Positions 10,068-20,310 of a stretch of DNA of 64,000 bases are shown here, one piece after another; within the stretch, counting starts at the first letter, position 1; each line of letters opens with the position of its first letter. Source of the DNA: an uncultured Bacilli bacterium (GTDB lineage Bacteria > Bacillota_I > Bacilli_A > RF39 > UBA660). The position numbers and the translations under genes are program-made. The stretch lies in assembly GCA_910583745.1 (NCBI GenBank), contig CAJTZC010000007.1, positions 1,163 through 65,162 on the forward strand. Direction: 5' to 3'. The notes beneath the pieces were generated by a model. The model was not told the origin of the DNA. It saw only the letters and a list, made by a program, of their open reading frames with translations, and ran no database searches.

Positions 10068-10251
10068 CTTTCTTCACCACTTTCTTCATCTTTTTGTTGA
10101 ACTCTAATCTATCCATCATTATTTCGTGGTTGCAGCCGCAGCACTTAAGCTTTAGGTCTACCCCTAATCTCGTGATGGACCAGTTTTTAGAACCGCATGC
10201 ATGGGGCTTTTTCATTTCAACTATCGTTCCTATTTTTATTTCATTTTTCAT
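10060..10251 (-). CDS. DUF951-family small protein (YyzM-like)
   Basis: 63-aa protein. Its size, conserved Cys pairs and position near parB match Bacillus yyzM. Confidence 0.6.
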   Translation of the reverse strand: MKNEIKIGTIVEMKKPHACGSKNWSITRLGVDLKLKCCGCNHEIMMDRLEFNKKMKKVVKKDE

Positions 10252-11044
10252 TGTGTACCTCTATTTGAGTGTATGGTATTTTAATTTTGTTTTTGTCGTA
10301 TTTTATCTTAATCATTCTCAAAATCTCTCGCCGATATTCCCAGACTTTGCCTGGACTACAAGCTATTCTAATCCCATAGTCGATGCATGAATCTTTCAGT
10401 TCTACTACACCGATATAGGAAGTTTCTTCTTGGTTCATCGTCGGCCATGTCTTTATTTCTTCTACGATTTCGTTGAGTACTTTTTCGACTTTTTCGATTT
10501 TCTCTTCGTATGCTGTTGGGGCGATTATCAGATTGGACGCCGCTTTCTGTGAGAGATTTTTGACTTCGGTGATGTTTCTGTTCGCGACGATGAGGACTTC
10601 TCCGTCGACATTCATGATTTTCGTCGATTTGAGGCCCAGTTCGATGACTTGTCCTTTGAAGTCGTTTAGATTTATCGTATCTCCGACGACAAAGTAGTTG
10701 TCCATGATAATAGAAGCTCCACTTATGACATCTTTTAAGGTATCTTGTAGCGATAAAGCTCCCACCGCAGACGCAATTCCTAAACTTGCGATGAAGGAAT
10801 TGACGTTTACTCCATATAAATCGAGAATGGAAATTACAGAAATCATGATTATCAAAATTTTTAGAATGTTTTTTAACAGCTCTACGACCGTCTTTTTTCT
10901 CTTTCTATCGAATTCGTTTTTCCCTTTGGAGAAGGCTCTCTCTAAGAGGATTTTGAGAATGCGATAGGCTAAATATGAAAAGATGAGAATGAGAAGGGGC
11001 CCTATCACTTCTTTTTTTAGGAAAATTTCTAAAAACTTGAGCAT
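10241..11044 (-). CDS. small-conductance mechanosensitive channel (MscS family)
   Basis: 267-aa protein with N-terminal TM helices and the MscS beta-domain motif GDTINLNDFKGQVIELGLKSTKI. Confidence 0.8.
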   Translation of the reverse strand: MLKFLEIFLKKEVIGPLLILIFSYLAYRILKILLERAFSKGKNEFDRKRKKTVVELLKNILKILIIMISVISILDLYGVNVNSFIASLGIASAVGALSLQDTLKDVISGASIIMDNYFVVGDTINLNDFKGQVIELGLKSTKIMNVDGEVLIVANRNITEVKNLSQKAASNLIIAPTAYEEKIEKVEKVLNEIVEEIKTWPTMNQEETSYIGVVELKDSCIDYGIRIACSPGKVWEYRREILRMIKIKYDKNKIKIPYTQIEVHNEK

Positions 11045-11046
11045 CT

Positions 11047-11934
11047 TTATTCACCGTCCACGTCTATGTCGATGATTTCGAGAATTCTAGCGAGGTCTTC
11101 GTCGCTGTCAAACGGTATCGTGACTTTTTTTGCTGAGATGGTGACTCTCGTTCCAATTTTTTCACGCATGGCATTCTCATATATCGAATAGATTCTATTT
11201 AAAGGTACTACTCTCGTTATTTTATGTTTTTTGGCAATTTCCGTGCCTTTGGAGATAACTTCTAACTCGCGGACACTCATCCCGTTGTTCACGATGCGGT
11301 ATGCGAGCGCTGTCACGTAGTCTGGGTCTTCCATCTTGGATAAGATTTTGGCATGAGCCATACTTATCTTTTTCTCTGAGACGAGCCTTTTCACTTCTTC
11401 TGGAAGGTTGACTAGACCTAACACGTTCGTGATGTAGCTTCTACTCTTACTCACTTTTTTAGCCAGTTCTTCCTGTGTGATAGAAGTTCTTTTTATCATG
11501 TTTGAATAGGCTTCGGCTTCTTCGATAGGGTTTAAATCTTCTCTTTGAATGTTCTCTAAAAGAGCGACTTCCATCATCTCTTCATCGGTAAAGTCTCTTA
11601 CGATGGCAGGAATTTCTGTGTAACCGGCCAGTTTTGCAGCTTTGGTTCTTCTTTCTCCTGCGACGAGTTCATAGCCTTTGATGCTCTTTTTGACAATGAT
11701 TGGCTGAAAGAGCCCGTGTTCTTTTATCGACTCGGATAATTCTTGTAATTTTTCTTCGTCAAAAACAATTCTCGGCTGAAAGGGATTGCTCCTTATCTCG
11801 CTTATCGGTATGTTTTTAATATCTTTCTCGGTGGCCGAATCGATTATCTCTTTTTCGACACTGTCGAAGTTGATGTTTTCACTGTTGAAAAGTTGTTCTA
11901 GTCCTATGCCTAGAGCTTTTCTTTTAGTTTCCAT
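11047..11934 (-). CDS. parB: chromosome partitioning protein ParB/Spo0J (parS-type)
   Basis: 295-aa protein with the GERRTKAAKLAG arginine patch and an HTH (TQEELAKKVSKSRSYITNVL). The specificity positions recalled from the ParB/Noc literature read R, V, N, A rather than Noc-type Q, K, K, R. It overlaps parA. Confidence 0.85.
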   Translation of the reverse strand: METKRKALGIGLEQLFNSENINFDSVEKEIIDSATEKDIKNIPISEIRSNPFQPRIVFDEEKLQELSESIKEHGLFQPIIVKKSIKGYELVAGERRTKAAKLAGYTEIPAIVRDFTDEEMMEVALLENIQREDLNPIEEAEAYSNMIKRTSITQEELAKKVSKSRSYITNVLGLVNLPEEVKRLVSEKKISMAHAKILSKMEDPDYVTALAYRIVNNGMSVRELEVISKGTEIAKKHKITRVVPLNRIYSIYENAMREKIGTRVTISAKKVTIPFDSDEDLARILEIIDIDVDGE

Positions 11935-12709
11935 CTCTTTCGATTACCTCCTTTGCTAGATTTAAGTATGCTTCAGTGGCTCTACAAAGTGGGTCATATT
12001 CGCATATCGGTTTGCCGTGGCTCGGAGCTTCCACGAGTCGTACCAATCTCGGTATTATCGTATTGAATACTTTGTCTCCGAAGAACTTTCTCACCTGTTC
12101 GACAACTTCTAAGCCCAGATTTGTTCGCGAGTCGAGCAAGGTCAAAAGCACGCCTTCGATGGTAAGATTCGGGTTCAATTTTGTCTGTGTCATGATGATT
12201 GTATTGAGAAGTTGGGCGACTCCTTCGAGAGCAAAGAATTCGCATTGTACTGGAATTAAAACTGAGTTGCTCGCGACGAGGGCATTTAGTGTGTTCAAAC
12301 CCAAAGATGGTGGACAATCGATGATGATGTAGTCGAAATTTTCTTGCACTTTGACGATGGCATTTTTGAGCTGCTCGTTTTTCTTAAATTCTGGGTCTTT
12401 GTATTCCATTTGTATCAATTCTGTGCTGAGACCTGCTAGATTTATCGTCGCCGGCAAAATGAAAAGATTTTTAAACTTGGTCCTTATAATCGCATCGGTG
12501 ATTTCACATTTTCCCGTCAGGACATCGTATGCACTCGCTTGAATCGTTCCCTTGTTAATCCCGAGGCCCGTCGATGCATTTCCCTGTTGGTCTAAGTCGA
12601 TGAGTAAAACCTTTTTGCCGAGTTTTCCTAAAGATGCAGCTAGATTGATACTCGTCGTCGTTTTTCCTACGCCGCCTTTTTGATTAACTAAAGAAATAAT
12701 TTTTGCCAT
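11924..12709 (-). CDS. parA: chromosome partitioning ATPase ParA/Soj
   Basis: Deviant Walker A KGGVGKTT. The probable start is MAKIISLVNQ. The upstream M of the track ORF at 12727 is less likely. Confidence 0.88.
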   Translation of the reverse strand: MAKIISLVNQKGGVGKTTTSINLAASLGKLGKKVLLIDLDQQGNASTGLGINKGTIQASAYDVLTGKCEITDAIIRTKFKNLFILPATINLAGLSTELIQMEYKDPEFKKNEQLKNAIVKVQENFDYIIIDCPPSLGLNTLNALVASNSVLIPVQCEFFALEGVAQLLNTIIMTQTKLNPNLTIEGVLLTLLDSRTNLGLEVVEQVRKFFGDKVFNTIIPRLVRLVEAPSHGKPICEYDPLCRATEAYLNLAKEVIERDGN

Positions 12710-12867
12710 CTCATACCACACCTTCATTAATGTTATTTCTTAAATATTTTACCATATTTATTTTTAGAAGTACATAAGCTTTTCACTAAAATATAAATAT
12801 AAACTGAATAGCCAATCGATTTCATTTTTATTCGTGGTGGTCTTTTTCTATTTTCGGTTTGTGAAGA

Positions 12868-12890
12868 ACAAAAAAAGCAGATTATTCTGC
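12868..12890 (-). terminator. Rho-independent terminator after ftsH
   Basis: Hairpin GCAGAATAATCTGC plus T7 in minus-strand sense, overlapping the ftsH stop. Confidence 0.5.
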
Positions 12891-14780
12891 CTCTTCTGTA
12901 TCGATGGATTCGTCTTTTTTTTCTTCGTATTTTGAAAGTTTTCCTGTCGTGACGAGTTCATCTATTTCTTCTTTTGTAATCGTCTCATGCTCTATGAGCG
13001 TGTCGCTTATCAAAGTGACGAGTTTTTTGTTCTCTTTGATAATTTTTGTCGCTTCTTTGTAGCATGAATCGACGATTTTTCTCACTTCTGTATCGATTTC
13101 TAATGCAACTTGGTCTGAGAAGTTTTTGGCTTTGTCGTAGTCTCTTCCTAAGAAAACGTTTCCTTGTCTCGTCTCTAGTTGGACTGGACCTAAATCACTC
13201 ATTCCGTATTCTGTGACCATGGCACGAGCAATTTTGGTTGCGCGACTGAAGTCGTCGGATGCTCCTGTGGAAATCTCTCCGAATAGGAGTTCTTCACTAA
13301 CGCGTCCTCCAAGAAGACCTACGATTTGGGCAATCAATTCTTTTTTCGTCGCCAAATTCATGTGTTCATCTTTTGGAAGCATCATCGTATAACCGCCGGC
13401 CATTCCACGAGGAATAATCGTGATTTTGTGTACTTCTTGTGCATCTTCGAGTTTGAGACCGATTACGGCGTGACCGGCTTCGTGAAGACTGACAAGTTTC
13501 TTCTCTTTATCTGTTATCTTTCTAGATACTTTTGCTGGTCCCATCAATACGCGGTCTGTCGCTTCGTCGATTTCGTCCATCGTGATGGCTGGTTTATTTC
13601 TTCTTACTGTAAGCAATGCTGCTTCGTTGAGTAAGTTCTCTAAATCGGCTCCACTGAAGCCTGGAGTACGTTTTGACAAGTTTTTAATTTTTACGTCTTT
13701 TGCAAATTTTTTATTTCTAGCATGCACTTCGAGAATCGCTTCTCTCTCCTCTGCGTCTGGTAAGTTGACTGTGACTTGTCTATCGAAACGTCCAGGTCTC
13801 AATAGTGCTGGATCTAAGACGTCAGGTCTATTCGTTGCAGCGATGATGATGATACCTTCGTTTGCTCCGAATCCGTCCATCTCCGTCAAGAGCTGGTTCA
13901 AAGTCTGTTCTCTTTCGTCATGTCCTCCGCCGATTCCTGTACCACGTTGGCGTCCTACGGCATCGATTTCGTCGATGAATATCAAACATGGAGCATTGTG
14001 CTTCGCTTCTTTGAACATATCTCTTACACGGCTCGCACCGACACCGACGAACAATTCGACGAAATCTGAACCACTGATATAATAGAATGGTACGTTCGCT
14101 TCTCCTGCGACAGCCTTCGCTAATAACGTTTTACCTGTTCCTGGAGGACCTACTAGAAGGACTCCCTTTGGTATGCGTGCACCCAATTTTTGGAATTTTT
14201 TAGGGTTCTTTAAGAAGTCTATCAGTTCTGCTACTTCTTCTTTTTCTTCCTTAAGACCTGCTACGTCGGAGAATTTTACTTTTCCTCCGTCGGCATTCAA
14301 TTTTGCTGTGCTGCGTCCGAAATCCATAGATTTGTTGTTGCCACTCGTTATCTTTGAGAATAGATACATCGTCGCAACGACCAAAATGACAATCGGCAAT
14401 ATTTCGAATGCAAGTGTCAAAATTGTACTGTTACCTGGATCTTTGTTTGTCTTTACTTTGAATTCCATCGTGTCTGCGTATGCGAGAACTCTTTCAATCA
14501 GTACGTCAGAGTATGGAACTTCTACTTTGAAGTTCTCGGTCTTTTTGTACCCTTTTAAGTTTCCTTTGATTTCATACACTCCGGAACCTGCGTTAGGAGT
14601 AAGTTCTAATTCCTCGACTTCTCCATTAGTTACTTTTTCGATGAATTCATCGTAGGTAAACTTGTGGGTCTCGTATCGAGAGGCTCCATAGTAGAATACG
14701 GCACCTATCATGAAGGCAATCAATATGCCGTACATCACTAAAGATTTCACCATATTATTGTTATTGTTTCTTTTCATCAA
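12882..14780 (-). CDS. ftsH: ATP-dependent zinc metalloprotease FtsH
   Basis: 632-aa protein with AAA Walker [14 protein letters not shown], the second region of homology, and the zinc motif HEAGHA. Confidence 0.95.
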   Translation of the reverse strand: MMKRNNNNNMVKSLVMYGILIAFMIGAVFYYGASRYETHKFTYDEFIEKVTNGEVEELELTPNAGSGVYEIKGNLKGYKKTENFKVEVPYSDVLIERVLAYADTMEFKVKTNKDPGNSTILTLAFEILPIVILVVATMYLFSKITSGNNKSMDFGRSTAKLNADGGKVKFSDVAGLKEEKEEVAELIDFLKNPKKFQKLGARIPKGVLLVGPPGTGKTLLAKAVAGEANVPFYYISGSDFVELFVGVGASRVRDMFKEAKHNAPCLIFIDEIDAVGRQRGTGIGGGHDEREQTLNQLLTEMDGFGANEGIIIIAATNRPDVLDPALLRPGRFDRQVTVNLPDAEEREAILEVHARNKKFAKDVKIKNLSKRTPGFSGADLENLLNEAALLTVRRNKPAITMDEIDEATDRVLMGPAKVSRKITDKEKKLVSLHEAGHAVIGLKLEDAQEVHKITIIPRGMAGGYTMMLPKDEHMNLATKKELIAQIVGLLGGRVSEELLFGEISTGASDDFSRATKIARAMVTEYGMSDLGPVQLETRQGNVFLGRDYDKAKNFSDQVALEIDTEVRKIVDSCYKEATKIIKENKKLVTLISDTLIEHETITKEEIDELVTTGKLSKYEEKKDESIDTEEAE

Positions 14781-16099
14781 AATTTTCCTTTCTTTGTGTA
14801 CTTAAGTATTATATCATACTTTTGTCCTTTTTCATTATTAAATTTGCTTTTTCGTAAACCTGGAAGCCAAATTATACGGTCTTGAGAGTCTACTAAGATG
14901 GGATAGTCTTCTCTTTGGGACGGAGAAACTTTCTCGTCGATGAAGATATCGCTTATCTTTTTGGTACCAGACATATTTTTTATCGCCACGCGGTCTGTCG
15001 ATTTTCGTGTCCTCACATATAGGGGTAATTCTAAATCTTCAGAATTTAATCTCGTCGTGTAGTTCGATGTGTCGTCCTCGTCCTCGACGATTTCGATGGT
15101 ATCGCCATTCGGAAGGATTGTAATCGGTTCGAGTTTTATGCGGTATTTTTTTGTCGCGGTGGGTCTCTCTATTTTTAGGATGTCGTATTCCCTTAGGGCT
15201 TTGTATCCGAGAGGCAGGTCTAAGGAGAAGTTTTTGTCTTTTTGGATATTTTCTCGTATCGATTCGATGTGGAAAACTTTTAAGTTATCCACAGCATCTC
15301 CATAAATCTTTTTCAACAGGTGCTCCACTATTTTTTTTTGCATGTAATTTTCTTCTTTTTGGAAAAGTGTCAAATCGATTTGATTCGGTTCCTTCAAACA
15401 CCTTATACATGCCTGCTCGACTTGGCTCTCTATAAAGTTCGATGCTTCTTCTATCTCTTCTGAATATTTTAAGAACTTTAAATGTGCCTCTCTATTTTCT
15501 TCTTTTAAAAAGGGGAGCATGCGATGCCTGAATCTGTTTCTCGTGTAGTCGTCTTGTAAGTTTGTCGCATCGAGAACGAACGGAATCTCGTTTTCTTTTA
15601 CATACTCTTCGATTTCTTCTTTTGTATAGAAGATGAGGGGTTTTGCAAAGATAAGTTTTTTTTCTCTATAACACTTTGTAAATCCGGCATAACCCTTTAA
15701 ATAGGAACCTCGCGTCAATCGCATCAGTATGGTCTCCATCAAATCGTCGCAATGATGTGCGGTCATGATATAAGGAGTATCGTATTTTTGAGCGAGCTCC
15801 TTATAAAATGTATATCTTTTCTCTCGGTAGTATGATTCGCTTTGCTTTTGCTTTTTTTCGAGCTCCAATCCTTCAAAAATGATACCTCTTTCTTCGCAGT
15901 ATTGTTTCATAAAGAGGTATTCATCGGCACTCTCTTTTCGTATGTTGTGGTTTACATGTGCACAAATTATTCGATAGTTGTGTCTACATAGAAGGTCTAA
16001 GAGGCACATGGAATCTGGTCCACCCGAACAGCCCAAGATGATGCATTTTTGGCCAATTTGCAATTGTTCTAGGAATTTTATACTTTTGTCCATTCGCAT
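14777..16099 (-). CDS. tilS: tRNA(Ile)-lysidine synthetase
   Basis: 440-aa protein with the PP-loop motif SGGPDS. It lies immediately upstream of ftsH as in Bacillus, but no hpt gene sits between them. Confidence 0.88.
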   Translation of the reverse strand: MRMDKSIKFLEQLQIGQKCIILGCSGGPDSMCLLDLLCRHNYRIICAHVNHNIRKESADEYLFMKQYCEERGIIFEGLELEKKQKQSESYYREKRYTFYKELAQKYDTPYIMTAHHCDDLMETILMRLTRGSYLKGYAGFTKCYREKKLIFAKPLIFYTKEEIEEYVKENEIPFVLDATNLQDDYTRNRFRHRMLPFLKEENREAHLKFLKYSEEIEEASNFIESQVEQACIRCLKEPNQIDLTLFQKEENYMQKKIVEHLLKKIYGDAVDNLKVFHIESIRENIQKDKNFSLDLPLGYKALREYDILKIERPTATKKYRIKLEPITILPNGDTIEIVEDEDDTSNYTTRLNSEDLELPLYVRTRKSTDRVAIKNMSGTKKISDIFIDEKVSPSQREDYPILVDSQDRIIWLPGLRKSKFNNEKGQKYDIILKYTKKGKF

Positions 16100-16251
16100 G
16101 CCCCTTTCATTGAGTTATTCTACATGGTTTGTCCTTTTTTTTCAACTGTTTCTTGTAGAAAAAAAAGAAGATGTCTTCCTTCGTGTATTTCTGTTTCTAA
16201 ATTGCATTCTTTTATTCTGTAAGTTTTTCTCTTCTTCGATGATTTATCGTG

Positions 16252-16611
16252 TCACTCTTTTTCCAAATCTAGGTCGTCGAACGCGCCTAAATCCATCACT
16301 TCAAAGCCTAAGTCTGTCAACATCTCAAGAGCAATCGCACTTCGTCTTCCGCTTCTGCAATAAACTAAAACGGTTTTATCTGTGTCGATGTCAATTGTGT
16401 CGTCGATTTCGTCGTAAGGGACGTTCATAGAGCCTACGACGTGTCCTTCCTCGTATTCTTCTTCGGTGCGAACATCGAGTATCACATAATTGTCCTCTTC
16501 GAGAATTCTTTTTAGCATGTCTTCTTTACTCTCTTTTGATGTATTTCCGCATCCACACATCGACACAAGACACAGCAAAAGGATTATTACTTTCTTTAGC
16601 ATGTTTACCAC
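16252..16611 (-). CDS. rhodanese-domain lipoprotein
   Basis: 119-aa protein with the lipobox LVSMCGC and the rhodanese active-site loop CRSGRRS. Confidence 0.75.
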   Translation of the reverse strand: MVNMLKKVIILLLCLVSMCGCGNTSKESKEDMLKRILEEDNYVILDVRTEEEYEEGHVVGSMNVPYDEIDDTIDIDTDKTVLVYCRSGRRSAIALEMLTDLGFEVMDLGAFDDLDLEKE

Positions 16612-16655
16612 CGTAAAAAATTATACTCGATGACGACGAGAAAGGCAAGATGAAC

Positions 16656-17930
16656 TTAGTCTTTTTTAATGTCTATGAACAGTTTGTTTATATCTAATGT
16701 GCAAATATCCTCTATTTTTTCTTCACATTGGTGATATTTTTTGGCATTTGATTCGAAGAGCGGGATGAGTTGGCCGTCTTTGATTGCCGTCTGCTCTAGC
16801 ATAGGAGGAAATTTATAGACTTTTTTTTGCAGCTGTGCATCAGTGTAGCTTTTCATCTCTTGCGAGTACTCATAGATATGCAAATAGGAGGGGTTGTTTC
16901 TTCCAAATGAAGAACTCAGCAGCATGTATTTAGTGTCGTTTTGCGTATAGAAAGTCAATCCTTGGATTTGGGGAGGGACTTTAAATTCGCCGACATAGAT
17001 TGTGGAAATTTGATTATCTGTCTTTTCTATTTTATATTTTTTTATCGTGCAGTTGTGGGAAATGAGAAAGTTTCCTATATAGAGATAACCGTCGTCGATT
17101 GTCAAATAAGCGATATGGTGTCTTTTAGAATCTTTGTAATAATTCAGTCCTTCTTTTAGATTGTCAAAGGTATATTTAGGGAGTACATCTTTTTTCTCTA
17201 AGAAGTCTTTTGCTTCGTAGGCGACTACTGTGCCTCGTTTGCCGGTTATCCAAATGAGATTGTTTTCTTCATCGTAGGCAATGCCTCCTACATGTGAGCT
17301 CGTCTCTAGCGTGACGATGTTTATGATTTCTCCTTTTGTATTGATAACATAGCATTTTGAATTTTGCTTTTCACTGTTATCATATGCTGTGATTAAGATG
17401 TATTCCTCCATCAGTGTGATGCCTTGTGGTATCATGTCATCGAATATCGGAATGTGTGTATCGCACGCGTTTAATGCTGTGGAAAACTCCGGATATTTTG
17501 TCTGGAGATGTGCATACTTTTCTTTTGAATTTTCTAGGCGCATTTTAAATGAGCAATTGTTGTTTTTTCTCAAATTGAAATATTCTTGTGGTGTTTCCCA
17601 AGTGATGTCGTATTTTTCTTCCATAGGACATGAGGTGATGTCTTCGATGGCATTGGCTGCGATGTAAGCGGCTTCTTCGCTCAGTTCATTTGCTGTATAC
17701 ATATCCTCTAAAATGATGGCCGCATTGGCTCCTTTGGAAAGTATTTCTCTGTAATTCCTTTGTTCTGTAAAGTCTGTCGTATCTTTCCCATTTTTTGTTT
17801 CCATAAGAATGTTGGCGAGGTTTGTCTCAATCTTTCCCTTTATCTCGTCATAACTCTCTTCACTAGCACAGCCAGTGATTAAAATGGCGGAAACGATTAA
17901 AATTGTCCATGTAATTCGTTTTTTCTTCAT
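16656..17930 (-). CDS. lipoprotein of unknown function
   Basis: 424-aa protein with the signal/lipobox ILITGCAS. I recognised no catalytic motif. Confidence 0.5.
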   Translation of the reverse strand: MKKKRITWTILIVSAILITGCASEESYDEIKGKIETNLANILMETKNGKDTTDFTEQRNYREILSKGANAAIILEDMYTANELSEEAAYIAANAIEDITSCPMEEKYDITWETPQEYFNLRKNNNCSFKMRLENSKEKYAHLQTKYPEFSTALNACDTHIPIFDDMIPQGITLMEEYILITAYDNSEKQNSKCYVINTKGEIINIVTLETSSHVGGIAYDEENNLIWITGKRGTVVAYEAKDFLEKKDVLPKYTFDNLKEGLNYYKDSKRHHIAYLTIDDGYLYIGNFLISHNCTIKKYKIEKTDNQISTIYVGEFKVPPQIQGLTFYTQNDTKYMLLSSSFGRNNPSYLHIYEYSQEMKSYTDAQLQKKVYKFPPMLEQTAIKDGQLIPLFESNAKKYHQCEEKIEDICTLDINKLFIDIKKD

Positions 17931-18026
17931 TCGTGCTCCACTTAAAATAACATTTATGTGACCTATTATAACACTTTTTTAGAAAAATCAAATATATATT
18001 GCTAGAAAAACAGTATAAGCTATTAA

Positions 18027-18056
18027 AAGGAGACTTTTGTGTAAGTCTCCTTTTAA
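18027..18056 (-). terminator. Rho-independent terminator after the SDR gene
   Basis: Perfect 11-bp stem AAAGGAGACTT/AAGTCTCCTTT with a T-run in minus-strand sense. It overlaps the stop codon. Confidence 0.55.
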
Positions 18057-18790
18057 GCTCTTGCTGCACCATCTACAGAAAGAATTTCGCCTGTCACATA
18101 GCTTGCGAGGTCGCTTGCTAGAAATAAGAAAGCATTTGCTACGTCGCGTGGCTCACCCATTCTTCCGAGCGGAATCGATTTTATCAGCGGTTCTATCATT
18201 TCTTTTGGAAGATTTGCTACCATATCGGTATTGGTGATACCAGGTGCAACGGCGTTGACTCTTATATTGGCTGGTGCGAGTTCTCTTGCGAGGGATTTGG
18301 TCAGTCCATTGACAGCGAACTTGCTGGTTGGGTAGCCTACTCCTGATGGTTGTCCATATAGGCTGACCATCGAAGAAGTATTTAATATTACTCCTCCACC
18401 GGCTTCTTTCATGTGTGGTACTGTGGCTTTAATCGTATTGAATAAAGCATTGACGTTGAGGCTCATAATATCCTCAAATTCTTTCGAACTCGTCTGTTCT
18501 ATCTTTTTATTAGCTGAAATGCCAGCGTTGTTTACTAAGATGTCAATTTTTCCATATTTTTGGACGATTTCATCCATCGTCTTTTCGACTTCTTCGAAGT
18601 CACTTAAATTTGGGTAATATCCATCGACGCCTCGGTTCTCTTTTTTGAGAGTTTCTAGAGCTTTTTCTACCGATTCTTTTTTTGAACCGAAGAGTATCAC
18701 TTTTGCTCCGTTTTCTTCAAAGGTTCTTACAATCTCTAAACCGATGCCCCGTGTTCCTCCTGTGATTACTGCTATTTTATCTTTTATCAT
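18053..18790 (-). CDS. short-chain dehydrogenase/reductase, FabG-like (3-oxoacyl-ACP reductase family)
   Basis: 245-aa protein with the N-terminal Rossmann motif ITGGTRGIG and an SDR catalytic region. Confidence 0.8.
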   Translation of the reverse strand: MIKDKIAVITGGTRGIGLEIVRTFEENGAKVILFGSKKESVEKALETLKKENRGVDGYYPNLSDFEEVEKTMDEIVQKYGKIDILVNNAGISANKKIEQTSSKEFEDIMSLNVNALFNTIKATVPHMKEAGGGVILNTSSMVSLYGQPSGVGYPTSKFAVNGLTKSLARELAPANIRVNAVAPGITNTDMVANLPKEMIEPLIKSIPLGRMGEPRDVANAFLFLASDLASYVTGEILSVDGAARA

Positions 18791-18878
18791 TCTTTCTCAC
18801 CTTTTCATTTTGATAACGATTTTATTTTGTTTGGTATTATAATTATATCTTTTTTTAAAATATTGTCTATAGATTCGG

Positions 18879-19730
18879 TTATCCTTTTATTAAGAATATG
18901 CTTACTATTATAATCAGTGCGGCGATTATCTTCTTAGGGAGATTTTCTCTCTCTTTTAAGAAAATATATCCTACAAGGACATTACCGATTACTGTCAGGG
19001 TAAATAGAGGTGCGACAGTTGTAACATCGCCAATTTGGTAGGCTTTTAGTTGAGTTATAATCATTAAAGCCCAACATAAGCTTGTCGCAATGATGGCTTT
19101 TTTGTTGCCTTGAATAAATTCGGATTTTATATCTGATAATCTGACTTTTTCTGCTATCGAAATGAATAAAGCCGGAATAAGCAACGTCAGAGCAATATAG
19201 AACGATAGATTAAAATTTTCAGATATGTTGACGTCTAAAAATAGAGCGATAGAAAATGCAATGTTTGCAAGTACTCCTAGAAGAACATACTTATCTAATT
19301 TGTTGTTGCCTTTTTTATAAAATATGAGAATGTTACTGAAAATGATTAAACCAGCTCCGATAATTTTTTTTAGTACAAAAGGTTCTTTGAAAAATAATAA
19401 ACCTGCGAGCATCATAAATACTGTCGATAGTTGTTTAATTATACTAAATGTGGAGGTTTCTAATCCGCTACGAACGGTCGTATTTATTCTATCTGTTATC
19501 GCGTAGAAAATACATGCGACACATAAGAATAAATATATTTTCCAATCTGTTGGAAAGGTAAATTTAAAAAATGGGCAGAACAACAATGCGACGATTCCTG
19601 CAATGAATTGTAATAAAACCGTCAACGTCCCATTACTTTTTGATGTTTTCGTTACGACTTTATAAAACTGTGTATAACCTACTGCCAAAATAATATATAA
19701 AAAAACATATAGAGCCCACATTTTAATCAC
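18879..19730 (-). CDS. DMT/EamA-like 10-TM transporter
   Basis: 283-aa protein with ~10 hydrophobic helices in two halves. Confidence 0.5.
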   Translation of the reverse strand: MIKMWALYVFLYIILAVGYTQFYKVVTKTSKSNGTLTVLLQFIAGIVALLFCPFFKFTFPTDWKIYLFLCVACIFYAITDRINTTVRSGLETSTFSIIKQLSTVFMMLAGLLFFKEPFVLKKIIGAGLIIFSNILIFYKKGNNKLDKYVLLGVLANIAFSIALFLDVNISENFNLSFYIALTLLIPALFISIAEKVRLSDIKSEFIQGNKKAIIATSLCWALMIITQLKAYQIGDVTTVAPLFTLTVIGNVLVGYIFLKERENLPKKIIAALIIIVSIFLIKG

Positions 19731-19810
19731 CTAATAATACTATACACTAAAACTTTTAAAAAGTAATCATTTAAATGAATAAGAGAACAGTGGATATCTC
19801 CTTCTGTTCT

Positions 19811-20242
19811 CTATTTAATTAAGTCGGATAGTTCTTCAGCCATGAGCCAATCTTCGGTTTTTCTTGCAGGTGTGAACGCAATCGGTTCGATTTTTTCTAG
19901 GGAATCGAATTCGATGAGACACATGCATTTCTTTTTGAATTTTTCTTTTTGGCTTTCATCGAGTGCCAATTTGTATTCGTTTTCTTCTAGAATGACGTTT
20001 GCTTCGCTTTGGGTCAGTTTTGTGAAATTTTGTACCTCTGTCACTTTTGCTTTCGCTGTCAACTTGCTGACTCTCTTTTCGAAAAAGTAAAGCTCGTCAT
20101 CAAAAAATACGCGACTATGCGGTAGTTTTCTTCCGTCTGCTGCTCTAATTATCATGGTTTTTTTCCCATTTAAAATTTTGTTTATCGTGCCGTATTTTTC
20201 GTCACAGATTACTACATGTACCATTACTATCTTCCTTTTCAA
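19811..20242 (-). CDS. hypothetical protein, possibly ASCH-domain
   Basis: 143-aa soluble protein containing a GKKTMIIRA segment resembling the ASCH GxKxxExR motif. Confidence 0.35.
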   Translation of the reverse strand: MKRKIVMVHVVICDEKYGTINKILNGKKTMIIRAADGRKLPHSRVFFDDELYFFEKRVSKLTAKAKVTEVQNFTKLTQSEANVILEENEYKLALDESQKEKFKKKCMCLIEFDSLEKIEPIAFTPARKTEDWLMAEELSDLIK

Positions 20243-20310
20243 GTTTTGTCTTTTATCGACATCTTTATAATGATATCATTTATTTTTCCTAGAGACAAGG
20301 ACAATTTTTA

